A DNA stretch of 64,000 nt from the human T2T-CHM13v2.0 reference genome, Homo sapiens. The notes under the pieces are model-generated. The model saw only the letters and a list, made by a program, of their open reading frames with translations, ran no database searches and had not been told where the DNA came from. Location: the NCBI RefSeq assembly GCF_009914755.1, contig NC_060937.1; one strand, written 5' to 3'. Shown in pieces: positions 44,130 to 58,810 of this stretch (positions are counted from its first letter, which is position 1; each line of letters opens with the position of its first letter). The translations under genes and the position numbers were made by a program.

Positions 44130-46810
44130 TACCAGTTTCAGTGAGAAATATGTTTAAAAGCTTCCATTGTGATTGTGAATTTTCCTATTTCTGCTTTAAT
44201 TGTATCTTTTTTTATACATTCTGAAGCTACACGATAAAACACACAAATTTAAGCCTATTTGATCATCCTAGTGGATTTTCACTTTTACAGAGGGTCCTTC
44301 TTGACTTGCAATTTACTTTGTTTTAATATTAGTATAACTATGGCAGCTTTCTTTTAGTTAGGGTTTGTATGGTGTATCTCTCTCCATTATTTCACTTTTT
44401 TTTCTGTATCTTGTATTCAAGATGCTTCTCTTGTAAGCATTGCATTATTGGGTCTTGTTACATTTTAATACAGTCTGACAATATAAATGTTAAGAATTAT
44501 TTACATTTAATATAATTGCTGAAACCCTTGGGGTTTTTTATGTTATTTTTTCCAATTTGTTTCATCTGTTCTACATTTTTTCCTTTACTTTCTTTTGAGT
44601 TAATCAAATTTGTTTTGCTATGCCATTTTTTCACATCTTGGCAGTTATAAATAATCTTTTTACATACTTTCAAAGGTTATGTTAGAGATTCAACATGCAT
44701 TCTGCTTTGGTTAAAGTATAATACAAATTTGTACTTTTATCAATTTCTGTACAATTGAAGCATATTTGAACATTTTGACTTTATCTTCTTTCTGCCTTTT
44801 AGGCTATCATTGTCATGTATTTTAAATCTACATATTAAAAATTTAAAACCTTTATTATTAGTAGTATTGGCTTATACAGTCAATATTTATTTAGATTTAC
44901 TTACATATTTATCTTTCTTTTACTATTCATTTTTTGCTACAATTTTTTGCTGTCATTTAGCATCACTTTTCTTCTGCCTGAAAAACTCCCTTGTGTATTT
45001 CCTTTAGAGCAGGCATTAGTGACAAATTCTTCCGGAAAATACAGTGTTCAAGGCTGTGGGTCCAGCTACAATTTTGCTGGAAACACAGAGAACAGAGGAC
45101 TTGTTGGGCTATATTCTATGATTATGAGATTAATGAAATCTAGACTTCAGGAAATTCTATAGGTCAAACAGCCTTAGATTTTCAACAGATAAAGTCTGAG
45201 GAGAAGAAAGGAATAGAAGGAGGTGCAGTGGATTAAAAGAGATTTATATATCAAACATTTTTTAATGGGCAATTCTAGACTATAGTGTCTAGGGATGCAT
45301 ATGTGGGTAATAAAGCTATAAACACAAGAAAGAGATTACAATAAAAGTGTAAAGGTTGCTTCTAGGGAAGGTGGTGCATTGTGATCAGGATAGCACACAA
45401 GGAACATTTCCAAGTGGCTGGAAAAGTTCTATTTCTTTATGGCAGTTACAAGAGTGTCTGCCTTAAAATAATTTATTAAGCTATACATTTGTTTTGAGTG
45501 GTTTCTGTCTTTGTGTTTTTTTATTTTACAATAAAAATATACAAAGTAAAAAATGAATTAGAAATTAGTAAAATTTCAGCTTCAGTATTTTTATTATCTT
45601 ACTTTGGCAGGGATATTTTACAGTTTAGGATGACCTACCATTGTCTTTTGCATCCATAATTTTGGTTAAGAATTCAGCTGTCAGCCTTACTGTTCTTAAA
45701 GATAATGTGTCCTTTTTCCTCTAGCTATTAACATTTTATCTTTGTCTTTGGTTTTCAACAATTTTATTACTGTGCATGCTGCTGAAGTTTATTTGTATTT
45801 GTCTATCATTGGATTCATAGTGTTTCTTATAACTGTGAATTCAAATATTGCTTCTACCCATTCTTTCTTTTTTCCTCTTTCTGACATTACGATGTCCTAA
45901 ATATCTCTTACTGTCTTTTTATCTTGTTTGACTCTCTTTTCCTCTCTGTGGTTCAGTCTAGATATTTTCTACTGACCTATATTCTAGTTCATTATTTCTT
46001 TCTTCAGCTATGTTCAGTCTGCTCCTAATTAATTTCTTGAATTTAAATTTTATTTATTGTGTTTCAGTTCTAGAATTTCCTTCTTATTCTTTTTTATAGA
46101 TTTTAGTTTTCCATTGAAATTCTCCATCTCATCAACAACTTTCATTCATATATTTAATAAAGTATTTAAACTCTGTGTCTGATAACTCCAGGATCGATAT
46201 AGTATCTAGATCCCCTGTGGATCTCTTTCTATTGTCTCCAAATGATTTTTGGTCACTTGGCTTATCTCCTTGTATTCTAGAATATTTTTAAAAAGAATGC
46301 TGGGCTTTATTCTTTGAAAAATTATAGAGATTATTTGAAGTTCTGGATGATGTTATCTTTCTTCCTAGAGGTTAATGCCAGGCAGTTAAGTGAACCAAGT
46401 CACCTTAGTCCAACTGGGCTGAGCTGCTTTTACTTTTTGTGAGAGCTGGTCTATACCTAGTTTGCCTTTATGCTTAGATTGCTGTCTTTGAGGGATCCCA
46501 GCTGAAAGCCTAGGGTGTTTCTCAGTGCCTCTCCTCATTGAGCCATGACCTCCAATTTTGTTCATGAGATTGTGAAAACTATCTTCAGCCACTTATGAGC
46601 AGGCTAATGCTTCAAGGACAAAGTAGAACTGCATTTTGATCTTAACTTCTTTGTATTTATCTTCTCTCTGGAATTTTGTCTACTGATGCCCTTGCTGCCT
46701 TGATAGCTCTCATAATCCTTCAAGTAGTTTTTAAAATATATTATCCATTTTTTTCCCAGTTCTTTGTGAAGTGTTGGTCTAATAGAAGCTAGTCTGTCAT
46801 AGTTACAAAA
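44130..46810 (-). mobile_element. Old L1M (ME-like) fragments, with a plus-strand L1M 3' end nested at ~45035-45550
   Basis: atattagtataactatggcagctttcttttagttagggtttg...; nested ggaaaagttctatttcttt..ttttttattttacaataaaa. Confidence 0.65.
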
Positions 46811-46829
46811 AAAAGTCTCTTTAACTACT

Positions 46830-47200
46830 ATTTATTGATCATTTACTCAGAGGTCCTGTTATTTCCTCACATCACTCTGAGTTTTTTCTTTATTGAACTC
46901 TCCAACAGTTTATAATTATTTTTATGTTTCTTTATTTGACATCTGTTTCCCCCTTAGACTGAAAACTCAGTGGGCCATCAGGAATCATGTGTTTTGCTTG
47001 TCGCTGAATCCTTGATATCTAGCCCAGAATAGGCACTCAATAAATATTTTTAAAAAATGAATATAGGCTCTTGGTCTAAGCATTTTACATACTTTATCTC
47101 ATTTAATCCTTTCCACAACCATATGAAGCAGGTATTGTTAGCTCTGTTTTAGTGAAGAGATAACAGAAAATTAGAGAGATAATTAACTTCATAAGGTCAT
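46830..47200. mobile_element. L2 3' end (+) followed by MIR (-)
   Basis: taggcactcaataaatattt...; tatctcatttaatcctttccacaaccatatgaagcaggtatt. Confidence 0.65.
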
Positions 47201-47559
47201 TATATGTAAAATGTTCTGTATAACTCCTTTTCCTGGACGCCTCATCATTATGCTTCTACAACCTGTTATGTGTAGCCAGCTTTTTATTTTTCAATATACG
47301 GGTTATAAAATGTGTTCCAGTTCCTTCTCTTCATTTTCTTCTTCCTCCTTTTGTTAATATTTCATGCCTTGTTTTTTTAGGCCTTCAGTGCTCGTAAGCA
47401 TTTCGTTACCCAGTGAGCTGGAAAAATAAAAGACGATGAAGCTCACATAGCTGAGCAAGGAGTCTATGCTCCAAAACACTAAGAGGAGGGTGCGTCCTCC
47501 CCTCCCCTCCGGCCACAATTGGTAGCTTTGGTAATTAGACTCATTCATTTAAAATTTTT

Positions 47560-47715
47560 AAACATTTAATTTAATTTTCTTTTAAAATACACTTTATTTT
47601 TTAGAGCAGTTTTAGGTTCACAGCAAAAATGAGCAGAAAGTACAGAGAGTTCCCACATACCCCCTCACACACATACAGAGTGATGCATTTGTTACCATCG
47701 ATGAACCCACATTGG
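47560..47715 (-). mobile_element. Short L1MC 3'-terminal insertion
   Basis: tttttagagcagttttaggttcacagcaaaa...; TSD ctcattcattt. Confidence 0.75.
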
Positions 47716-49233
47716 CTCATTCATTTTTATGCTGTATAAAACCATCTGGGATCGTGTGTTTGCCCAGTTTCAGCTACCTTGTGTTAAGAGTCCTCTTTTG
47801 ACCTGCAGTTAAAATTAAAAAGTCTCTGCTTCTTTGTCAGCATTCATTCTGTTCTCAACATGCTGCAGTAAAGTTCACTTACCCCTGAACTTTGACCATT
47901 CTAGCACATTTCAGCGTTTGCATGCTCAAAACCAAGCAATTAACTTTAATATGCATTCTTAAAGGAAATCAGGTACAATCTCTGGAAGCCGTAAAGGATC
48001 ACATTGTCACATTGAGTCTGAAATCTTTGTGATGCTGCTCACACTCATGGTGCTCTCTCCTCCTGCCCAACAGACCAAGGCCTGGCTCAGGTCCCACCAC
48101 AGCTGTGAAGCCTGTTCTAACAAGCTCCATCCCACAACAATTTTTTTTTCATCTTTGGCATCATATCTGGTATCAAACGCTCCCAGAGAAAGTCATTAAC
48201 CCTCTCTGAGCTTCAGTTCTCTTTTCTGAAAATGTGGATCAAAACACCTCCTGACAGGCTTGTAGGTCAATTTACATGCGCTCAAATGTGTCCAGGACAG
48301 GCAGGAAACATCGGTACTCCCCCTCTCCTTGCCTGCCCAGGGAAGTTTTCCTGGAGGACAGGTTCACAATGTGGGAGACAAAATTGTAAAACTATATGCA
48401 AATGCGCTTGGACACAGATTATAGCAGAGAAACAACACCTCTGTGCTATCAAGTTCCTTCTGGATTTGTAAAGAAAGGGGACTAAGAAGTCGCCGGAGCA
48501 GAGCAGGGGAAAGATAGTAGAGCTGCCAGTGAAAGTCAAAGAAAAAGTGGGGAACAGGACACCATGCGGCCCAGGAATATCCATCCATTTGTGGGCAAAG
48601 GGAAATGGAGCACAAAATGGCTACTCATCAAGACAGGTAGCCCTTTGCAGTCTCCATCTATGTGGAGACTGAGCTTCCAGTCACAGTACACAAAGGACAT
48701 GGGTGAGATTTGGACAGATAAGGAAGAGGAAAATGATTTCTGAAGGGGGAAAACAGAGAGATCCGTAACTCTAGGGCACAAAATAAAGGTATTTAAGCAC
48801 TCTCACAGCACACCGAGACAATGAGCAAACCCACTTGACGGGGGTCAAGTGCCTGGAAAGTCAGAAGGAAGCTGATAGTAAAGGATTTTGAATGTCTGGT
48901 TCAGGACGATGGGTTTTATCCTGCTATCAGTGGGGAGCTATTGGGGAACTTTGAGCTGGCGTATCACGTGATGACTGAGATACTTGAGCAGCACACACTG
49001 CAGGGGAAAGAGGCCAGAGAGCAAGTGCAAGGTTCTTAAACAGTCCTGGTAGGAGCTGAGAAGGCCTCACCTTAAATGGTTACAATGCAAATGGAGCAGA
49101 AGGAATTTGTGTTCAAGCCCTGCCTTTTAAAATATTCCCGTGGCCTCAATTTCTTCTGGATTCTTTCCCAATACCACTATATGGCAGACTCCAGGTGTTT
49201 AAATATGTTTTGTTAAAGTTGGTGAGCATTTTA

Positions 49234-49239
<6 letters not shown>

Positions 49240-49278
<39 letters not shown>
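49240..49278. repeat. (TG)n microsatellite
   Basis: ~19 uninterrupted TG units. Confidence 0.98.
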
Positions 49279-49280
<2 letters not shown>

Positions 49281-51689
49281 TTAAAAGTAAAAGAAGATAA
49301 TAAAATGGCCTTAATTCTGAGGATTTATTTAAAAAGAATTGTAAAAGAAAGAATTGGCAAACCTTCTCCATAACCCACCATCAAAGAGAGATCCAGAATA
49401 TAGTATAATGTAACATAAAAACCGGTGCTATTCCACTCAGGAAGCAAAGAGCATAACTATGACAACCATTGTGATTTTTCTTTTATAGTAGACAGGCTCA
49501 GCACAGGCAGAAAGAAATAAAAGCTTCTTAGCATTCATGAGTATATTGTTCCAAAATGCAGAAGGTGAAAGTCATGGTCATGGAGAAGTCAAGTGACCTG
49601 GGAAGAGAATTGGCCATGGCTCCCCAGGTGAGGAGGAGACAGAAATGAAGCTGGGAGACTTACACCCTTCAACCTCGTTCATGGAACCAAGCTCAAGCCT
49701 CCCTCCCCTGCTCGCAGTATAAATTGAACAGAGAAGTATCAATGAGTATCCAACTGCAGGGCTTAAGGAGGAATATTTTGGGACATTTCAAGATGCAGAA
49801 AAGGATCCAAACATCAGTTCTCAAATGAACGATGAAACACAGCTACCATTTGTTGAGATCCCTTCTGTGCCAAACTCTAAATGCCCTTCTGCTGTCATGT
49901 CACCTAATTCTCACCATCGAAGTGGATTTGGGGATGGTCTTCATCCTATTTTATACATAAAACTATGAAGCTCAGAGACCTGCAGTAAGTAGTCCAAGAC
50001 CTTAGTGTAGAGCCAGGATTAAAATCCAGCTATCCCTCCCTCCAAGGACCTATTTGATTGCCTTGCTGTGGCATTGAATATTATCACACATAAGGCTTAT
50101 AAAGTGGGGAGAAGACACCTTTATGCAGTGCCTGTGTTTTTTTGGCCTCATTTGCGTCTTATTTTCTAGTCCAAAACATCACAGTCCTCCCACTGCACAG
50201 CTGCCTCTACCTGGCCTGTGCCTTCTTGCGAAAAGCTCTTTGGTGTGGCTGGCCAGACTTCAGAACTGCATGTTTCTGTTGAAGAAAAAAAAGTCTGAGT
50301 TAGGAATTTAGTCTCACTTAGACTCAGCCCTTTGGCCTGAATGCAGAGAAAGAAGTCCAAGTCCCTGAAGTCCAGAGAAGGAAGAGTTTCTGGAGCTAAG
50401 CCAAGGTGACCTTTCAACAAGGAGCACCCTTTATTGAGGCAAAGAACAGAATCTTTGCTCTTTTGCTGAAGGTGCCCCCTCCACTTAGAAAACTGTTTCC
50501 CCCACTCTCCCCTTGGCCGACTCCTGCTAGGCATTCATAAGTCCCAAGTCAGGAATTGCCCCTCTAGGACACCCACCCTCCTACCTCCTGTGTTCCCACC
50601 ACACCCGTGCTTTCCTCTGACATCACACTTGCCCTTTAGGTGACTTCTCTCCTGCTAAACTGTGAGCTACTTAAGGTCAGCATTCGGTTTTACTCTGCTA
50701 AGAATCCCTAGTGCTATAAACTTCATAAATGTTGAGTGAATAAATGAACAAAAGTGGCCAATCCAAGCCTTTGTGGGGAGTATTAGAGTAGGGTTTAGAT
50801 CTGGAGTACAGAGAGGGCCAGACACCTCCTACCTGACTACAGAAACTTCCCCTCTCCTCTGCCACCCCTCAGACTTTGATGCTCTTTCAGTCATTGGTAG
50901 CAACGATACCAGAAATGCCTTAGGAGATTCATCTTTGTCTGTGAAGCTGGAGGTGTCAAAGGAGTTCTGCTCTTTGCTTTGGGTTCATGGTTCATTCCGG
51001 GAGGCTGAGAGCTGAGGCTCTGCCCTGGTGGGTTCCTAGCAGAGGAGAAGGAAGATGCAGTTTCAGAATCCCACCTGATTATATTTACTTCGGCAGTTAT
51101 GGCTAAAGGTGCTCTAGGTTGGGGAAACAAGAATCAGAGGATGCTTCCTTCCCATTCGACAGTATATATCAATCAACACGACTTTCTTGAGTTAACCCCA
51201 ACATCTTCAAGTACGATTTAGAGGCAGCCCAGAGAACCTGGTGCAAGCCCTGAGCTGACACAGTGCAGGATGAGAAGGCAGACACTAGGGAAGGAAGTTC
51301 ATCTCTCTGCAGATACTGTAGGTAACTGAGTGTGCATGGGGCTACTGCCCTAGCCGGGCCATGACCCGTTCAACTTTCCACCAAATATCTCTCCTCTGCG
51401 CCAGCTTCTGAGGATTGGACAGAAGCCAGGTCGTGCTGCAACCATGAAGACCCATTATTTGCTAACTTGGGCTACTCTCCTTTTGGAACCCTCACCTGCA
51501 GGTGACCCCCATGCTGCACAGCAGGCTCAGGGTGGTGGTGGAGCCTCCTGTGCACGAAGCTCCTGTGGGGTGCTGCTGCCCTGGGCTCCCTTTTCCTCAT
51601 CTGTGTGCTCTGTCTGTTTACTCTTTACCTAAGGATTCATGAAACACACGTGAAGCAAATTGGCAGCAGGGATTGGTGGCCAGACAGAT

Positions 51690-52030
51690 CCAAGGTTGAA
51701 GTCCCTGATCTTGTACTTGCACAAGTTGTCTGTTGTCCCTGGGCCCTATTTTCTTTATCTATCCAATGAAGCTAAAAATCCCTACCTTGCAGGTTGTTGT
51801 GATGATGAAAGCTGTTTCTCGACCTTAAGTACACGTTAGAATTCCCTGGCGAGCCTTAACATGCCAATGCCCTGGTCCTACCCAATCAGTCTTTGGAGAG
51901 TAGACCCAGGCACCAGTATTTTGAAGATTCCTGGGAGATTCCTAAGCGAACCCTAGGTTGTGAACCCTGGGTTACAGACAATGTGTATAACCTGAGTGAC
52001 ATACTGCTTTCAGAATAGACTATCCCATTA
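51690..52030. mobile_element. MIR interrupted by MER5A-like MITE (~51810-51970)
   Basis: cctaccttgcaggttgttgtgatgatgaaa | gctgtttctc...ttagaattccctgg...gacccaggcaccagtattttgaag. Confidence 0.55.
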
Positions 52031-53764
52031 ATAAATGATACCAATATTACTATAATATTATTGCTGCTCCTAATCTTCCTTCTGCCAAGAAAGGAAGTAC
52101 GGTTGTGGGCCTAAAATATCCAAACTGTAAATAACAGAGCACATATAAGTGACATCACTAGGCTCCAAGCTGCTCAGTGAGATAATAACAAGAGTGACTT
52201 GAAATAGCCAGTCAGCTGTGAGGACCCCAGTTCTTTAAAATACGTGCATGCCATCTCTCACGTCCCTGCCTCATCCAGCCTGGGTCTATGCCAGTAGAAA
52301 CTTTTCCAGTTAAAGCCCAGTGCCTTTATTTCCAGTACTGATTGTCGCCTGGGAGACAGCTGTCAACTTGTGCAACCCAAGTTACCTTTGCTCTGCAGTA
52401 AATAGGTGAGTCACAGTTGGTCCTAGCAGGTCAAGGAACAAGCAGCCCTGGGCCATCCTGTCTGGTGGCTGAGGCTGCTGAGACAATGCCCTTGGTGCCT
52501 ATGAAGGAGTCATAAAGTTGGGCTTGACACTCTTTAAAGTTATCTTAGTTTGCTGATTGTTTGGCTAGAGGGACTGGTGTTGAGCCCTTCCTGGCTGTAT
52601 TAGGGCTTTGCATGATAAGTGTAATTAGGGTGAGAGGAGGCTGAGCAGGCTTCAGTGTCTGAGGTGGCAATGGGTCAGGCAGAGCAGTGCAGGTCATTGA
52701 CCTCAGTAGAAAACCCCCAAGCTGCACTTTAGATACCAGGTCCCTTCTTTTTCCAAACTAAAAACGTCCTGGGTGTTGGTAGCAGAAGGGCCGACTATAG
52801 GTTAATGTTGCTACTTATCCTGATTTGTGGGGCAGGGAGGGCTAGCTTTAGTTTTAAGCCAAATGTTTAAATGTTTCTCAAATCTATCTACCTCTTTACC
52901 TCCAAACCACCCAAGTCTGGGCCAGAATCATTAAAAGATGGTGCACTTGTGCCGACTTGACAGCCACAGCCTCCCACCAGGATCCCCACATTCTCTCCTG
53001 CCTCACAGAGCAGCCAAGATGATCCAGCCTCACCTCAGGTCAGACCATTTCACTCCCAGTGTGAAACCCTTCCGTGATTCCTTGATACTTTTGGGATCAA
53101 GCCTGACCCTTTGATGTGGTCTCCAAGCCTAGGTCAGCCTGACCATCATCCTCTTACCGCCTGACATTGCTGCAGGTGGGTGGAAGGCCTCGGCTCCTCT
53201 CAACTCCAAGCTTCTTTTCCTTTTAGGTATTGGAACCACATTCTTCCACCCACCTGGGGCACTTTCTCAAGCAAAACTCTCAGCCGCCTTCAATTTTGAG
53301 CTTAAACTTTACTTCTTTTCTTCCTCCCCCTAGAGTTCCTCACACATGAGCCCCTTGAACTCTGAGTTTGGGATCCTAAAACTTCTTAAGCTTTATTGTT
53401 ACCCCTTACCTAACCAGAATCTAAGTTCCATGAAGGAGGGACCTCATCCATACTCCCCATGCCAGTGAATACATTTCGAGTAAACCCCAAAAGTATTTGC
53501 CAATGATAAGGTAAAAGCAGTGGGTTTCACAAAGGACAATACCATTTGCAGAAGAAGCACCACATAGCAATAAAAACCCAAATGGTTATCCAGATTATGT
53601 AAGGGCCACAATCATGGGCAAGGTCCCTATCATGTGTAAGAGACAATGTGAGTTATTTTGTCTATATGAAATATGCCTTTTGTTTGGTAGTTGTCATTTT
53701 TTCAAAGAACTTTTTGCTAGGCTATCGAAAAGGTGAACGACTCAGGAGAATGGGCATTATAGTT

Positions 53765-53930
53765 GACGGTTATTTAGCAACTACAGTGTGCCAGGTCCAA
53801 CAACCTTATGAAGTAGGTGCAATTATTACTGCCATTTGGTGAATAAGGAAACTGAGATGCCTAGGAAATTAAGTAATTTGCCCAGTGCTATACAGCTGAT
53901 CGGTTGAAATCGTATCTGAAGCCAGGCACT
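53765..53930 (-). mobile_element. MIR
   Basis: caacaaccttatgaagtaggtgcaattattactgccattt...aataaggaaactgagatgcctagg..ttaagtaatttgccca. Confidence 0.75.
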
Positions 53931-56900
53931 GCCATTCCCAGGCAGGCACCCATTGTACTGTCTCCCTGTGGAACTGCAGATCACCTTCCAATATTGAGGG
54001 TCTTCCACATTTGCCGGAAAATACCATGGGCTGAAGATGTGCAACAGGCTTTACCTCCCTCTCTCAAGAGGTGGAGCTGGTTCATGCCTCAGAACATAAA
54101 AGGGTGGGGTTTGATTTCTCATCTTTGTGAATTATTTCTGAAGAGTTTATTGTATAATCAGTGACTAAGTAATTGTGGCCACGAGGAGATACAAAGATGT
54201 TTCATTATGGATGGTGTAATATTTAACTTCACGGAAAGGACCCGGGGCTCTGTGGCTTCCCATCCATCTTGTGACCCGGAATCATGGTGATCTAAAAGAG
54301 CCCTGTGACTCTGGGAAATTTGTTATCAAAGGATGTTAGCCACAAGTCCTGTTGGCAAATGGACCCCAGGTGGCCTGCAGTGCCAAGCTGTTTCCCTGCC
54401 AGCCTCCCAGTCTGGCCCTGACTCTCCAATGTAAGTGAGGGGCACAATGGAAATGTTATTTTAGGCCTTTCCACTTTAATTGCATTTCCTACAAGAGCGT
54501 CTGCGGGTTTTTCTTCATTTTGCTGGTGCCTCCCATATGAGTGGAGATCCACTGAGCAAGGTCATTGACCTACTAATTGTTAAAGGCATGTAGAAGCTCG
54601 GAGGGCTCGGTTCTCAACAATATCCTAATTATTATGTATTGGTTAGATGTTCTCTTCCCCATACTGTGTTATTGGGTTCATACTGGCTTCTAGTAGTAAA
54701 ATCACTTGCTCTCTCTCTTAGCATGGTGACAATTCTGTTGTGATTAACTCTTTCCCAACTTCTTGAACCTGAGAAATATATTATTCTATTACAAGGAGTT
54801 CAAAAATCGTATATATATTTTTCTCTTTTATAACACACTTCTATGAAGTATCAGACATTTCATTTGCACTTTCTCATCTAACCTTCGCAACATCCTTATG
54901 CATACTTATTATTATTGTGTCCACTTTATAGAGGGGAATATTGAACAGAGGATTTGTTTGTTTTGTTTTATTTTGTTTTTAAGTGACTGACCTATCAAAT
55001 GTCACACAACTAGTAATTAGCAGACTGGGTTATAAACTCAGGCAACTGGCTTCAAGCTTAACTACTTCATGCTTAACTACTGTACTGTGCTATTCTACTT
55101 TACTTCCTTGTATTGTTTTTAACTTGAGAGATTTTTATCCATTATAGTTGAATCCATGACTCTTGTTTGCTTGTTTATAAAAAACATATGGTCCTGAGTA
55201 ATTAGGATGTATTTCCCAGCATCGTTCAGTTTCCATGACACTTACTCTTCCAACCCCAACACACACACAACTGTGCACAACATACAGTTGAATGCAAACA
55301 TATAAATGTTGGTGCATTTTCCTTTTTGTGATATAAAATTGTCCTCTTTCTTATACACAATCACCTGACCAATTTTTTCAAGATGATCTAGAACCTATTA
55401 TTTGTAAGCCACTTTGGAAATTAGGGGGACTTTTCTGAGACAGAAATAGCATCACCAATAAATATGGAATTCCAGGGAAGGTACACATAGGGTCTTAACC
55501 CTGGATGGACAGCGCTGATCTCTTCTAACCTTTTTGGAACTGATTTCACTTCACCTTAGAAATCAACCACATAACACATTGGGTTAGATCAATGCATCCT
55601 CTGTATCTCTTGGAGCAGCACCAGTGCGGAATTTTCCTTCTAAGATCAATGGCAGGCTGGGAAAATACCCAGACATCGGTACACAATGTGACAAGCAATA
55701 AGGAGTGGAGGTAAGAGATCCAGGCCAAGCCTTGGCCTCACCCACGCTTACTGGTCTTATGATCCTAGGCACCTTACAGCTTCTTTGAGTCTTGCTTTTA
55801 ATTTCTTCACAATGGGCCTGACAATACCTGCTCTCCTTCTAGACTTTTCAAAGGGTGAAACGAGATGACAGCAGAAGCTGCCAGGCATGGTGGTGAGCAC
55901 ACAGCAGGCCCTCACTAAACGTGGAGTCCAAACCCCACACCTCAGCAAAGCTGGTTTAGGAACACTCCAGGGAATTTCTCAACATTTTTCCTGTAAGGTA
56001 ATTTCTTAAAATGAGTACATTGCTAGATCTCAGATCCCCAAATTTCCAGAATATAATAGAAATGAAGTTTCAGTCACTTCACAGTGAAACTGCAAAGAAA
56101 CTAAATGGAAAGTAAGTGATTTGAAGACTGTCAGAGACACAAGGAAGTAGTCTCTTAAGAATCATTTTCTTTCTTCTAGATTTGGATTTGGGAGTAGATT
56201 ATTTAGATTCTTTTTTAAAGTAATTTAGATAAATTTTGAACAGTTGAACTATTTAAGGTTAAAAAGAGTAAAGATAGATAAAGGTTAACAATAATTTGAT
56301 AACCGGACAAAAAAGTATAAATCATAGTAACTGTAACAGAACAAAATCCATTTTCCCCACTTAGAAACAGTAACTATTAGGTGGACAGAGCCCAGAGAAA
56401 ACACTTTAACAGTATTGTTTGCTGAAGAGAATTCCTGTAACTAAATCAAAAATATTATTTTCGTGGGCCCTCTACCAAGGCATAGAAATAATTTTGTTAT
56501 TACAGGCTCAACTTTCTAGAGATGATTTTGTGAGAGGATTTCACAAATGGTCGTGCTTGCCTTTTAAAGATAAATGGTGATGAATACACTGAGAAATCAA
56601 CTATAATCTTCAGGGTATGTGTGAGTCTCAGACTCAACACCTTCATGACCTGTTTCCTTTTCCTGTGAGAGTTAGGAATCCCTCCTACGTGTCTGCTATT
56701 GCGTAGAGATGAAAATTTACTTTCTGTCATGCTGGGTCGTGGAAGTGGCAGAGGTAGATCTCATCCCTCTTGGTATTCCAGCCATTTGCCTTCTTCCTCT
56801 CTCTGCAGAAACGCATTAGTAGACGACTGCTTTCAATATTTGGGCTTCTCAAGAGGCTATTTTTGTTGTTTGTGACTTACAACTCATTAGAAGATGGTGA

Positions 56901-57264
56901 AAGATAATTCTGTACCTCTGTGGCTATTCAACTCCTTGAGAACTGTTTGCTTATGAAATCAAGCAAGACTGGAGAGGGTGCTCTGTGACAGTGAAAGAAG
57001 CCCAGGACAAATAATTTTAATTGGCAGAAGCAGTGCTGACTGGGACCCCAGACAGCCATCTGAGACCACTATAACTTTCCTCACTATTGCCTGTCTCTGT
57101 TCTGGTAGATGCTGGGTTGTGTGTTAGATGTTATTTTGCTTTTAGAAAAAAAGAAAAGAGAAAAGCACCTGAAATTATCTCTTCTTGCATTCATTCATTC
57201 ATTCATGAAATACTGATTGAGTGCATATTGACAGGCAAAGATCTGTGCTAGTAGCCGTAGTGAT

Positions 57265-57676
57265 CAGAGCCAGGCCCAGGGTAAGGCAAGTGGGGCACTC
57301 ATCCCAGGGGCATCATTTAAGGGGACACACACAAAAAAACAGGAATCAAGGTAAATAATACCTTAATGCAATATTTCAAGAAGTCAAAAGTAATGCCAAA
57401 AAAAAATTTGTAATAAAGACAGAATCAGTAACAGTGCTATCCCAGGCCATATTAGTGCCTGAGGCAAAAGGAGAAAATTGAAAGGAAAAGAGAAAGTAGA
57501 AGGAAAAATATTGATCCTGTCTTTATTCACAATGTTGACATATAGTTCATCACAGATTTTGCACTCATTTTTTAGAGTGTCCCATTAAAATATTATTTAT
57601 TTTGACTTTGGGGGACCCTTTTAAATTTTGTGTCTGAGGTAAACACCTCAGTGGCCTCACACTACTCCCAGTCCTG
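57265..57676 (+). mobile_element. MER96B-like hAT MITE
   Basis: cagagccaggcccagggtaaggcaagtggggcactc...aatcaaggtaaataataccttaatgcaatattt...cctcacactactcccagtcctg. Confidence 0.7.
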
Positions 57677-57758
57677 ATGGAGATACAGAGCTCCTGCCCT
57701 TCAAGAGTTTATAGTAATAATGGGAGTGCTACATGCACTAAACAAATTACTGTATTTT

Positions 57759-58810
<1,052 letters not shown>

